Notes under the pieces: generated by a model | Databases searched by the model: none | Told to the model about the DNA's origin: nothing | Seen by the model: only the letters and a program-made list of their open reading frames with translations | Assembly (NCBI GenBank): GCA_038882975.1 | Contig: JAVZNE010000002.1 | Location: forward strand, 32,001-96,000 | Reading direction: 5' to 3' | DNA: 64,000 nucleotides | Source: Candidatus Bathyarchaeia archaeon | Lineage (GTDB): Archaea; Thermoproteota; Bathyarchaeia; Bathyarchaeales; Bathycorpusculaceae | Position numbers and translations under genes: made by a program | In this document: one piece after another, positions 46,727 to 55,849 of the stretch | How the letters are laid out: the number at the start of each line of letters is the position of its first letter | Position numbering within the stretch: the first letter of the stretch is position 1

Positions 46727-47569
46727 ATGGGGAAAGTCTTTGTCATAGACGTAGCTAAGTGCAATGGTTGCTACTGCTGCCAAATAGCATGCAAAGATGA
46801 ACATGTGGAAAACGATTGGAGACCCTACACGAAACCGCAGCCTGACACTGGACATTTTTGGCTGAAAATTGAAGAACAGGAAAGGGGCAGCACCCCCAAA
46901 GTTAGAGTAACCTACATACCGCGCCTCTGTATGCACTGCGATAGCCCGCCATGCATCACGGCATGCCCTGTCAGGGCGATAACAAAGAGGGCGGATGGAA
47001 TAGTCCTCATAGATCAAGCGAAATGTAATGGATGCAAACAGTGTCTGGATGCTTGTCCATACAATGCGATATATTTTAACGACCAATTTAAGGTCGCCCA
47101 AAAATGCACCATGTGCGCTCACATATTGGATGGAAAGGATCCACTTGTTAAAGTTCCAAGATGCGTTGAAGTCTGTCCCCATAACGCCATAATTTTCGGA
47201 GAGTATGCCGAACTGAAAGACTTAATTGAAAAAGCGGAATTTCTAAAACCCGAATACGACACCAAACCGCGAGTCTACTATCTAAACATGCCGAAGCCAT
47301 TCATAGCGGGAGAGGTTTACGACCCAGAACTGGATGAATGCATTGAAGGAGCAAAAGTGGTTGCAGTGAACCTGAGAACTGGGAAAACACATCACACCGA
47401 GACTGACGAGTTCGGAGACTTCTGGCTTGAAAACCTAGAGTGGGGAAACACTTACAAGGTTAATATAGAAAAGGAAGGCTACGTTCCGTGGTCTATAGAC
47501 GAAGTAAAAACGGATAAAGATGTAAACTTAGGCGAAATAACATTACTGAAAAAACCCAAAAAACGCTGA
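46727..47569 (+). CDS. AthM-like small subunit retaining four 4Fe-4S motifs
   Basis: CNGCYCCQIAC, CMHCDSPPCITACP, CNGCKQCLDACP, KCTMC...C; C-terminal ECIEGA...TDEFGDFW domain. Confidence 0.88.
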   Translation: MGKVFVIDVAKCNGCYCCQIACKDEHVENDWRPYTKPQPDTGHFWLKIEEQERGSTPKVRVTYIPRLCMHCDSPPCITACPVRAITKRADGIVLIDQAKCNGCKQCLDACPYNAIYFNDQFKVAQKCTMCAHILDGKDPLVKVPRCVEVCPHNAIIFGEYAELKDLIEKAEFLKPEYDTKPRVYYLNMPKPFIAGEVYDPELDECIEGAKVVAVNLRTGKTHHTETDEFGDFWLENLEWGNTYKVNIEKEGYVPWSIDEVKTDKDVNLGEITLLKKPKKR

Positions 47570-47637
47570 CGAGGAAACTATTTTAGCCAAAATGGCAAAG
47601 TTATAAAGCAAAGGCTATGCATTTGGCGAGTGGTGAT

Positions 47638-47973
47638 ATGATAAAAGTAAAATTTGAAGAGGCTAAACCATACGACGCCCGTGGACACTTTAACATGGTT
47701 GCATTGAGACTCCAACACAAAGAAAACACTGGGGTCGAAAAATTTTGGGTCGGTTTGTCACATTTTCTTCCCGGCGGAGGGGCAGAAATGTCTGCCAGCA
47801 ATTTCGAGAGAGTGTATGTAATGCTATCTGGCAAAATTACCGTAATAGCAGAGGACGGAAAGGAAATAGAGCTTGAACCCCTTGATTCAATTTACATACC
47901 ACCCGGCGAAAAGCGCTCACTAATCAACAGAACTAACATGCCGGCGAGCATGCTGGTCATTTGCAGCACTTAG
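47638..47973 (+). CDS. Cupin-domain protein
   Basis: FWVGLSHFLPGGGAE, ERVYVMLSG, DSIYIPPGE. Confidence 0.85.
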   Translation: MIKVKFEEAKPYDARGHFNMVALRLQHKENTGVEKFWVGLSHFLPGGGAEMSASNFERVYVMLSGKITVIAEDGKEIELEPLDSIYIPPGEKRSLINRTNMPASMLVICST

Positions 47974-48027
47974 ACCAAAAACAAAATAAGGATGGTTCTT
48001 TCACCACTTATGGCGGAGAGTGAATTT

Positions 48028-48894
48028 ATGCGTGAAGATGTGCTGGAAAAGTATTTGCATGGATTTTTAGACAAAAGCGCCCTTGGCAAGCCAGAAGATG
48101 CCCTCAAAAAGCCGCTAGCTAAAATCTTTGGAAAGAATGTTGAGATTTTCGATTTAACACAGCCTTTCAGTGGGATGACACCAATATGGCCTTACGCAGC
48201 TGGAAACCCGCAGGTCACAAGGCTACGTTCTCATAACCATGATCGTGTGGTGGCACATTCTATAACGCATACAATGCACATCGCGACACATGTGGATGCA
48301 CCGCTTCACGTTGAAGAGGGCTACCCATCAATTGACCAAATGCCTTTGGAGCGTTACATAGGAGATGGTGTTGTCGTCTCAATTCCTAAGAAAACATGGG
48401 AAGTGATTACCCCTGAAGATCTTGAGAAGGTTGACCCTCCAATATTGGAGGGCGACATAGTGATAATCAACTCTGGTTGGCATGTTTACTATGGAGACAG
48501 CACTCGTTACTTCTGTTATGCCCCAGGATTATACAAGGATGCGGCAGAATGGTTTGTCAAGAAGAAAGTCAAAGGTGTTGGTGTTGACGAGCCCGCCATT
48601 GATCATCCGCTTGGAACGAGGCTTGTCCAGACAGCAGGGGGCTTCCAGCCTCTCTTACCATGGCTGATTGAAGCGTACAAGAAAGCTACTGGAAGAGATG
48701 TCTATCAAGATTTCCCATACTGGGAGCCATGTCACAGAATACTATACACGCATGGAATCTTTGGAATAGAAAACGTTGGAGGAGAAATAGACAAGGTAAC
48801 TGGCAAGAGATGTGTCATAGCTGCTTTTCCGCTCAAATGGATTGGGGGCGACGGGTCAATGGTCCGCTTAGTAGCCATGGTGGAGAAAAGGTAG
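48028..48894 (+). CDS. Cyclase-family (kynurenine formamidase-like) metal hydrolase; candidate dihydrophloroglucinol cyclohydrolase
   Basis: HIATHVDAPLH metal motif, VSIPKK.WEVIT, DHPL, WEPCH, ENVGG, GDGS. Confidence 0.85.
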   Translation: MREDVLEKYLHGFLDKSALGKPEDALKKPLAKIFGKNVEIFDLTQPFSGMTPIWPYAAGNPQVTRLRSHNHDRVVAHSITHTMHIATHVDAPLHVEEGYPSIDQMPLERYIGDGVVVSIPKKTWEVITPEDLEKVDPPILEGDIVIINSGWHVYYGDSTRYFCYAPGLYKDAAEWFVKKKVKGVGVDEPAIDHPLGTRLVQTAGGFQPLLPWLIEAYKKATGRDVYQDFPYWEPCHRILYTHGIFGIENVGGEIDKVTGKRCVIAAFPLKWIGGDGSMVRLVAMVEKR

Positions 48895-48905
48895 GGAGGA
48901 TAACC

Positions 48906-49676
48906 GTGGAGGACTTGTTCAGGCTTGACGGCAAAATAGCAGTTGTGATAGGCGGTGGTGGAGGTATAGGAAGAAACCTCGCCGAGGGATTAGTTCGATA
49001 CGGTGCAAAAGTAGTCATAGCCAGCAGAAACCTAGAAAACCTAGAAAAAGTGGCTAGAGAAATAAGCTCAACCTATAATGGCGAAGTCACTGCTTTTCAA
49101 GTTGACGTTACAAACGACGAAAGTGTAGCGCGATTAAGGGACCAAGTGGTATCAAAGTATGGCACTGTTGACATCCTAGTAAATTCACAAGGATATAACG
49201 TGAAAAGCTCTGCGGCAGAGTTCCCAACAAATGAATGGAACACGTTATTTGACATCAACGTTAAAGGCACAATGCTGGCATGCCGAGAGTTTGGAAAAGT
49301 AATGATTGAGAAAAGAAAGGGAAAAATAATCAACATGTCATCGGTCAGAGGTATCCGCGCAACAAAATGGCCCGGCAACCTTGGCTACTGCACAACAAAA
49401 AGCGCTGTAGACATGATTACAAAAGCTTTGGCGGCTGAATGGGCTCCATACAACGTTAACGTTAACGCCATCGCTCCGGCATGGGTGGATACAGGCTTTT
49501 CTCCAAGCTTAAGAGACCCCGCCCGTTTAAAAATAGCCCTAGAAAGCATTCCCATGGGAAGAATCGCTACACCTAAAGATGTAGTTGGCGTATGTGTCTT
49601 TCTCGCATCACCTGCGTCAGACTATGTAACTGGCCAAATAATCTATGTGGATGGCGGACTTACCCTCATAGGGTAA
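48906..49676 (+). CDS. NADP(H)-type SDR; candidate phloroglucinol reductase
   Basis: GGGGGIG, ASR (basic residue typical of NADPH preference), SQGYN, SSVRG, YCTTK; GTG start after GGAGG. Confidence 0.85.
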   Translation: MEDLFRLDGKIAVVIGGGGGIGRNLAEGLVRYGAKVVIASRNLENLEKVAREISSTYNGEVTAFQVDVTNDESVARLRDQVVSKYGTVDILVNSQGYNVKSSAAEFPTNEWNTLFDINVKGTMLACREFGKVMIEKRKGKIINMSSVRGIRATKWPGNLGYCTTKSAVDMITKALAAEWAPYNVNVNAIAPAWVDTGFSPSLRDPARLKIALESIPMGRIATPKDVVGVCVFLASPASDYVTGQIIYVDGGLTLIG

Positions 49677-49779
49677 TGAAACTATTCTTTCCTTGTTCCT
49701 TTTTCTTTATGAAATCGTTAAAGCCTTTGTAGTGAACGCCCAGAAGGTATACAAAGAAAACGGGAGATAGAGTAAGCGT

Positions 49780-51012
49780 TTACCACCATTTTTCGAGAAT
49801 TATGCATCCGTAGGCGCCATATGCGCCGTAAGCTGTACACGCCCCAATTTTAAGGTTTTTCTTCGCTTGCCTTTCTTGAGCTTCTCCTCTGAGCTGCCTA
49901 AACAACTCGTGGATCATCATAAAGGCTTGGCTCATCACCGCCTCGCCGAAGGATGCCGTCCCGCCACTTAGGTTTACTGGCAGTTTGCCATCGTGCCTGA
50001 TCTGCTTCTCCTTAATGAGTTTGTCTGTTTCTTCCCTTTCCCATCCCATTAGTTGGTCTATCCAGTTTATGGTGTGGAAGCAGCTTGTGTCATGACATTC
50101 AACAATGTCGATGTCCTCAGCTGTGATACCAGCCAGTTTGTAGGCTTTTTCTACTGGTTTGCGCCACTCAGTGAAAGGTTTAAGCCCTTTTGCTCCACCT
50201 TGTGTGGAGAAAACGCGGAGCCGTGGTATGGGCTCGCCATAAACTGGACCCCCTACCGCTGAAGCCGCTATCTTTACTGGTTTATCCGTTATTTTCCTCG
50301 CCGTGTCGCCGTCTGTTATAACAGCTGCTCCTCCACCGCTGCTAGTTGCGCATATCATATACAAGTGTAAGGGGTCGCAGACAACGGGTGAACTTAGAAC
50401 GTCTCTGGCTAAAAACACTTTTTTGTATCGAGCATATGGGTTTCTAGCGCCATACTCGCTTTGAATCTCCTTCACTAAGGCCATAAGCTCTTTTATACTG
50501 TCAACATCTTGTCCCATTTCGTACGCGCGTCGCCTTGCCCACATAGCCCAGTAGGCGGGATTGGTCGCGCCAATAACTTTTATTGCAGCAGCGTATGGAT
50601 CCGGGTCTAGAATCGACTGCCCTGGCAGGTAAAACCCCTTTGGAGAATTGTCTATCCCGGCGATAAGCACCTTTTTAAGCGAGCCAGTTTTTATCATGGA
50701 ATCCGCAACAGCAAAGGATATGGAAGCACTTGCACAAGCTGCACAAACATTTACACATTGCGCGTTACTTGTGCCTATTCTTTCTGCAAGCCTATGAGCA
50801 AAATGTTGAGCACTTGTTGTGATATAAGATGGATTGTCAAAGGGAATTGCCGTAGTGTTAGTGATTATCGCATCAAGCTCTCCCGGCTTCATTTTAGCTT
50901 CCCTGAGAGCCCTTACGGCAACTTCTGCAAGCTTATCTATAAGCAGCGGAGTGGGCTGACCAGCTTCAACCCACTCTGTTATTGCAACACTAACAATTGC
51001 ACTTTCAGGCAT
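49780..51012 (-). CDS. SCP2-type thiolase (lipid-transfer-protein-like subfamily)
   Basis: AACASAS, GATNPAY, ICATS, ECHD, VNLSGG..SFGE, QLRGEA. Confidence 0.88.
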   Translation of the reverse strand: MPESAIVSVAITEWVEAGQPTPLLIDKLAEVAVRALREAKMKPGELDAIITNTTAIPFDNPSYITTSAQHFAHRLAERIGTSNAQCVNVCAACASASISFAVADSMIKTGSLKKVLIAGIDNSPKGFYLPGQSILDPDPYAAAIKVIGATNPAYWAMWARRRAYEMGQDVDSIKELMALVKEIQSEYGARNPYARYKKVFLARDVLSSPVVCDPLHLYMICATSSGGGAAVITDGDTARKITDKPVKIAASAVGGPVYGEPIPRLRVFSTQGGAKGLKPFTEWRKPVEKAYKLAGITAEDIDIVECHDTSCFHTINWIDQLMGWEREETDKLIKEKQIRHDGKLPVNLSGGTASFGEAVMSQAFMMIHELFRQLRGEAQERQAKKNLKIGACTAYGAYGAYGCIILEKWW

Positions 51013-51013
51013 G

Positions 51014-51430
51014 TTACATCACCGGCTCAAAGAAATAGCTTAAATAGACGCTTTCGTCGTCCTCGTAAAGTTTGTCGATTTTAAGTCTTAACCTCATGCC
51101 TATCTTAAGCAGCTTTTCATCTGGAACTTTTATTCTGCTGACAACTATTATGCCTTCAGGAAGCTCCACGGCGCCGACCACATAAGGTGCTTTATGGTAT
51201 TGGAACGGCTCGCGTAAACTGTATGCATGAACAGTATATGTATACAGCGTCCCCTCAGTGCTCAAGAACCACTCCTCAACATTGACGCTGTGGTCACACT
51301 CCGGGTTATTGCAAACGTTAGACTTTGGAAATTGTATGCTTCCACATTTAGGACATCTACTACCGATTAGCCGCGGATTTTCAGACGGCCATTCAAAAAG
51401 TCCATCCATTATAGGAACTTCTTTCTTCAT
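51014..51430 (-). CDS. DUF35 Zn-ribbon/OB-fold thiolase partner
   Basis: RCPKCG..QFP...C..C, GTLYTYT, PYVVGAVELPEG, IGM. Confidence 0.9.
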   Translation of the reverse strand: MKKEVPIMDGLFEWPSENPRLIGSRCPKCGSIQFPKSNVCNNPECDHSVNVEEWFLSTEGTLYTYTVHAYSLREPFQYHKAPYVVGAVELPEGIIVVSRIKVPDEKLLKIGMRLRLKIDKLYEDDESVYLSYFFEPVM

Positions 51431-51544
51431 ATTAACTAACCTCTTAAAAAGTGAGCTGCTACTGATTTTAATTTTTTGGTAATAGAAAACTAAATTAACA
51501 AAGGGTGAATACATGAAAGCGCAGCACGATAAAGAGGGTGAGTG

Positions 51545-52339
51545 ATGGACTCGGAATTTAAACGCATAATTTATGAGAAAAAGGACGGTGTCGCATGGAT
51601 CACCTTAAACAACCCAGAACGCTACAACGCCCTCGATTACGAGATGCGAAAGGAATTAAAAACTGCTCTAGAAGACGTGGGCAAAGATGGCAACATAGTT
51701 GCGGTCGTCATTAAAGGATCAGAAAAAGCATTTAGCGCCGGAGGGGATGTTCGCGCTTTTGCAGAAATGAAGCCTTTTGAGGTTCTAGAACTGATTAGAG
51801 ATGTTGGAACAGCCTTTGTCTTGGGAAAAATCATTAGAGACATGCCAAAACCAGTCATAGCAGCAGTAAGCGGATACTGTTTGGGAGCAGGGTTTGAACT
51901 AGCTCAAGCATGCGATATAATATTCGCCTCAGAAGACGCTGTTTTCGGCCAGCCCGAAATAAACGTTGGACTTATCCCCGGCGGTGGTGGAACCCAGAGG
52001 CTGCCAAGATTCATTGGAGAAAAGAAGGCTAAGGAATTAATTTTTACTGGAGATAGATTGTCAGCCAAAGAAATGGCCGAATTAGGTTTGATCAACAAAG
52101 TTGTTCCGTTAGATCAGCTCATGAACACTGTTAACGAGTTTATTGAAAAAATTAAAAGCAAAAGTCCGTTGGTAATTGGAATCGCCAAGGAAGCAATAAA
52201 CCAATCCTTGGAAACAAGTTTATCCGAAGGCTTCAAATACGAGGCCCAACTCTTCGCACAGTTGTTCAGCACCGAAGACCAAAAAGAAGGGGCAAAGGCA
52301 TTTCTAGAAAAAAGAAAGCCTGTTTGGAAGGGAAAATAA
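51545..52339 (+). CDS. Enoyl-CoA hydratase/isomerase (crotonase)
   Basis: AFSAGGD, CLGAGFELAQACD, FGQPE..GLIPGGGGTQRL. Confidence 0.93.
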   Translation: MDSEFKRIIYEKKDGVAWITLNNPERYNALDYEMRKELKTALEDVGKDGNIVAVVIKGSEKAFSAGGDVRAFAEMKPFEVLELIRDVGTAFVLGKIIRDMPKPVIAAVSGYCLGAGFELAQACDIIFASEDAVFGQPEINVGLIPGGGGTQRLPRFIGEKKAKELIFTGDRLSAKEMAELGLINKVVPLDQLMNTVNEFIEKIKSKSPLVIGIAKEAINQSLETSLSEGFKYEAQLFAQLFSTEDQKEGAKAFLEKRKPVWKGK

Positions 52340-52415
52340 CCGAGAGAAACATGTGGCAAGAATAGTCCAACCTAAATAATGTTTATAAATGTTCAACGGA
52401 GAAAACTAATCCAAC

Positions 52416-53564
52416 GTGAGTTGTATGATAAAAGCACCCTTAGAAGGAATAAAAGTACTCGATTTCACACATGAAGTTGCTGGACCACACTGCACAATGC
52501 TACTAGGTGATCTTGGTGCCGATATAATAAAGGTGGAGATGCCCGGGAAAGGAGACAGAGGAAGACACTGGGTTGGCATGAGAGAAACCATATTTATTAC
52601 AAATAACAGAAACAAGAAAAGCATTGTTTTAGACCTCAAAAGCGAAGAGGGAAGAAAAATAGCGTTCGAACTGGCAAAAAGGGTTGATGTGTTAGTTGAA
52701 AATTTTGTGCCTGGAACTATGAAGAAATTCGGCTTGGACTATGAAAGCATCAAAAGGGTTAACCCGAGAATAATTTATTGCTCGATTTCTGGATATGGGC
52801 AAGACGGCCCCTACAGTAGCCGCCCGGCATGGGATCCGATCATCGAGGCTGAATCCGGGTTAATGTCGCTTACTGGAGACCCAGAACCATGTTTGCCTTC
52901 AAGGATACCCGCCTCAATCATAGACTACGGCGCCGGTGTGTATGCAGCATTAGCAATAGTTTCAGCTTTACTGTATCGAGAGAAAACTGGAAACGGACAA
53001 ATGATTGACATCTCAATGCTTGATATCTCCGCGCTTTGGGCGGGATATTGGATTGCTTACAGTTCAATAACAGGGGAAGTCCGAGAAAGAATGGGTTCAG
53101 CTGCTCCTGTCGGAGCACCATACCAAGTTTTCAGAACAAAAGACTCCTACATTTTCATCGCAGCCTTTGAAGATGAACACTGGAAGAAATTATGCCAAGT
53201 TATAAAGGCGGAAAGTCTTTTGAACGATCCCTTGTATTCAACGAGGGAGAGCAGAGCTGCAAACAGAAAAATCCTTGTGGAAAAACTTGATAAGATAATC
53301 AGCGCATGGAACACTAAGGATTTGGTGGATGCTCTAATTGCAGCTGGAGTGCCATGTGCCCCCGTAAACAATACATTGGAAGTGGCAAGCCACCCACAAC
53401 TACTCTACCGAGGCATGATTGTTGAAATAGAATATAGGGGACAGAGAGTAAAAGTTCCAGGGATACCCTTCAAATTCTCTGAATGCCAATTAAAAATTAG
53501 GCACCTTCCACCGGAAATAGGGCAACACACAGAGGAAATTTTACATGCCCTCGGATTCAAATAG
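52416..53564 (+). CDS. Class III (CaiB/BaiF) CoA-transferase
   Basis: PLEGIKVLD, AGP, NRNKKS, ENF.PG, SISGYGQDGP, IIDY. Confidence 0.93.
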   Translation: MSCMIKAPLEGIKVLDFTHEVAGPHCTMLLGDLGADIIKVEMPGKGDRGRHWVGMRETIFITNNRNKKSIVLDLKSEEGRKIAFELAKRVDVLVENFVPGTMKKFGLDYESIKRVNPRIIYCSISGYGQDGPYSSRPAWDPIIEAESGLMSLTGDPEPCLPSRIPASIIDYGAGVYAALAIVSALLYREKTGNGQMIDISMLDISALWAGYWIAYSSITGEVRERMGSAAPVGAPYQVFRTKDSYIFIAAFEDEHWKKLCQVIKAESLLNDPLYSTRESRAANRKILVEKLDKIISAWNTKDLVDALIAAGVPCAPVNNTLEVASHPQLLYRGMIVEIEYRGQRVKVPGIPFKFSECQLKIRHLPPEIGQHTEEILHALGFK

Positions 53565-53646
53565 TAGCAGCTGAAAACATCCTTCCCAAATTTTTACTAG
53601 CATAACTAAGTAAAACTTAAGGTATTTTAAAAGATAAGGTGCGAGC

Positions 53647-54858
53647 TTAACTTTTCCTCAAAGGTAAGAGAAAAAGAATGGATAACGCTGAAGTGACGAT
53701 GGCGAGTAGAAACGACGATCTGAGAGTCCCAGTCATGTCGGCTATCCACCCAGCTATTGGAGGTGAGGCCATGCATCCTACTCCGAGGAATATGGTCATT
53801 AAACCCAGTGCCATGCCAGCATGTTCTAAGGAAAATATATCTGATGTTAAGGCGGTGTAGAGGGGCCAGGCAGCCCCATAACCGGCACCGTAAATGGCGG
53901 ATGAGACAGCTAGCATGATGGATTCCAAATTTGGAAAATTCCGAGCTACGACCATGCCTAAGATGCCTACTGTTGATATGCCTCCGCATAACAACATAGT
54001 TTTCAACCTACCAATAAACTCGGAAAGCGACGCCAAAACCAGGGTTCCTGGTATTGCTCCAAAAGCAATTATGCTCACAAGCATGGAGGCAAATTTGTAA
54101 GGCATGCCTATTTCTTGAAAGCCATATGTGCTAAGAAATGTGAAGGGGATCATTACGTAAAAACCGACAAGCATATACGAAAAGCCCACAAGCCACAATT
54201 TTATATTTTTGACTATTGCAACGCTTTCTTTCAAGAAGTTTTTGCCAACACTCCTGCTTTGACTTTGAGCGAAACCTTCTGGATAGGCTTTGAACAAGAG
54301 CCAAGTCATAGGGGCAAGCAAGAAGCCAGCCGCACTAAACACACGCCATCCAAGCTTCCAGCTTCCAATTTCTACCAACATTGGCAAAATTATGCCTGTT
54401 ACTGCGAAGCCTATTGGCGCACCGATATTCACCATTGCAACTGCGAAGGCCCTTTTCTTGAACCATCTCTGGACAACCACAACAACTGGAACCCAGCATG
54501 CTGCACAGCCAATACCTGCCAGCATGAAGGATAAACTTGCCTCCACCAACGTATTAGACAAGCTCATAAAAAGCGTGCCAGCACCTAGCACCAATATAAA
54601 AAGGGTGATTATCTTTCTTGCGTCAAATCTATCTACAATAACGCCTAGAAAAAACGAGAAGACAGTATAGCCAATGAAATAAGATGTGTAAATAACTCCG
54701 GCCTCAAGTTTCGAAGCGTTCAGTGAAGCCACCATTTCTGGGAGCAAAACGCCATAGCCATATCTGATTGAGTAATGGACAAGTATTATAAAAAACCCTA
54801 CAAGCAAAACAGAAACACCTTTGCCAGTAACAGCACCGGCACGCTTTTTTAACAGCAT
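53647..54858 (-). CDS. MFS transporter
   Basis: ~12 hydrophobic helices, GVIVDRFDARK motif A, QRWF. Confidence 0.9.
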   Translation of the reverse strand: MLLKKRAGAVTGKGVSVLLVGFFIILVHYSIRYGYGVLLPEMVASLNASKLEAGVIYTSYFIGYTVFSFFLGVIVDRFDARKIITLFILVLGAGTLFMSLSNTLVEASLSFMLAGIGCAACWVPVVVVVQRWFKKRAFAVAMVNIGAPIGFAVTGIILPMLVEIGSWKLGWRVFSAAGFLLAPMTWLLFKAYPEGFAQSQSRSVGKNFLKESVAIVKNIKLWLVGFSYMLVGFYVMIPFTFLSTYGFQEIGMPYKFASMLVSIIAFGAIPGTLVLASLSEFIGRLKTMLLCGGISTVGILGMVVARNFPNLESIMLAVSSAIYGAGYGAAWPLYTALTSDIFSLEHAGMALGLMTIFLGVGCMASPPIAGWIADMTGTLRSSFLLAIVTSALSILFLLPLRKS

Positions 54859-55195
54859 ACAATAAAATTATGACATGCGCCTTAAAACTTTTAGTTTCTT
54901 TTTCATTATAAGCTCGCTTAGTTCTTGTTTAACTCATGAAATCTTACTCAAAATGACGGCGTTATCCATCGTTTATCTCATATTTATGCCGTTTACAGCC
55001 TAAGAATTCAAACAAATGCTAACTATAAGCTGCATAAGGTTCTTATGTCAAATTTTTACCGTCTTTTATTGGTTCTATATAGGGGGAGCATCAGTGCACC
55101 TGCAATTTTAAATTTCCATTAACAACGTTTCAGATTAAATATCGGAAAGCCTATAAATTCTATTGGACCAGCCACCAGCGATAGTGACGTTAAAG

Positions 55196-55510
55196 ATGGA
55201 TGACGCAACAAAGCGCATAGCGAGACAGCGAATCCAAAGTCTTTTCCGTTTAGCCAGGGAAACCTATCATAATGATCCTTTTTTGGCTCAGCGTTATGTG
55301 GATATAGCCCGCCGTGTTGCTATGGCGGCTAAAATCCGTCTTCCAACAGAGTATAGGCGCATGGTTTGCCGCCACTGCAAAAGCCTTATCTTGCCCGGCG
55401 TCAGCTGTCGTGTCCGCATAAAACAGCAGAGAGAACCCCACGTGGTTATCACGTGCTTAAAATGTGGAAAGCATATGCGCATACCCCTAAAAAGGAAGAA
55501 GAAAGAATGA
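55196..55510 (+). CDS. rnp4: Ribonuclease P protein component 4 (Rpp21)
   Basis: IARQRI..LF, LAQRYV, CRHC..LILPG, ITCLKCG. Confidence 0.93.
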   Translation: MDDATKRIARQRIQSLFRLARETYHNDPFLAQRYVDIARRVAMAAKIRLPTEYRRMVCRHCKSLILPGVSCRVRIKQQREPHVVITCLKCGKHMRIPLKRKKKE

Positions 55511-55800
55511 GCAAACTTACCAGTAGAATGAAGCGCCGCATTAAAAGCGAGTTTGGCGGAGAAAAGCCAACGATTTGGATTGGGAAAAAACAAGTCTCCG
55601 ATGAACTGGTCAAAGAGATTGAGAAGCAGCTTGAGAAAAGGGAAGTAGTCAAAATCAAAATTTTGAAAAGCGCCTTGCAGGAGGGGAAAGCCAGCGAAAT
55701 AGCGTCAACAATTTCCAAGCAGACAGAAGCCGACTTAGTGGAGGTTAGAGGACATACTTTCATCCTTTATAAACGTAAAAGAAAAGCTCCAAAAGAGTGA
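55507..55800 (+). CDS. YhbY-family (CRM) RNA-binding protein
   Basis: KPTIWIGK, QLEKREVVKIKIL, VRGHTFILYK. Confidence 0.9.
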   Translation: MSKLTSRMKRRIKSEFGGEKPTIWIGKKQVSDELVKEIEKQLEKREVVKIKILKSALQEGKASEIASTISKQTEADLVEVRGHTFILYKRKRKAPKE

Positions 55801-55849
55801 AAGCCTTTAGTATAAAAACAACACTTTTAATATTTGGGGCATAGAAAAC

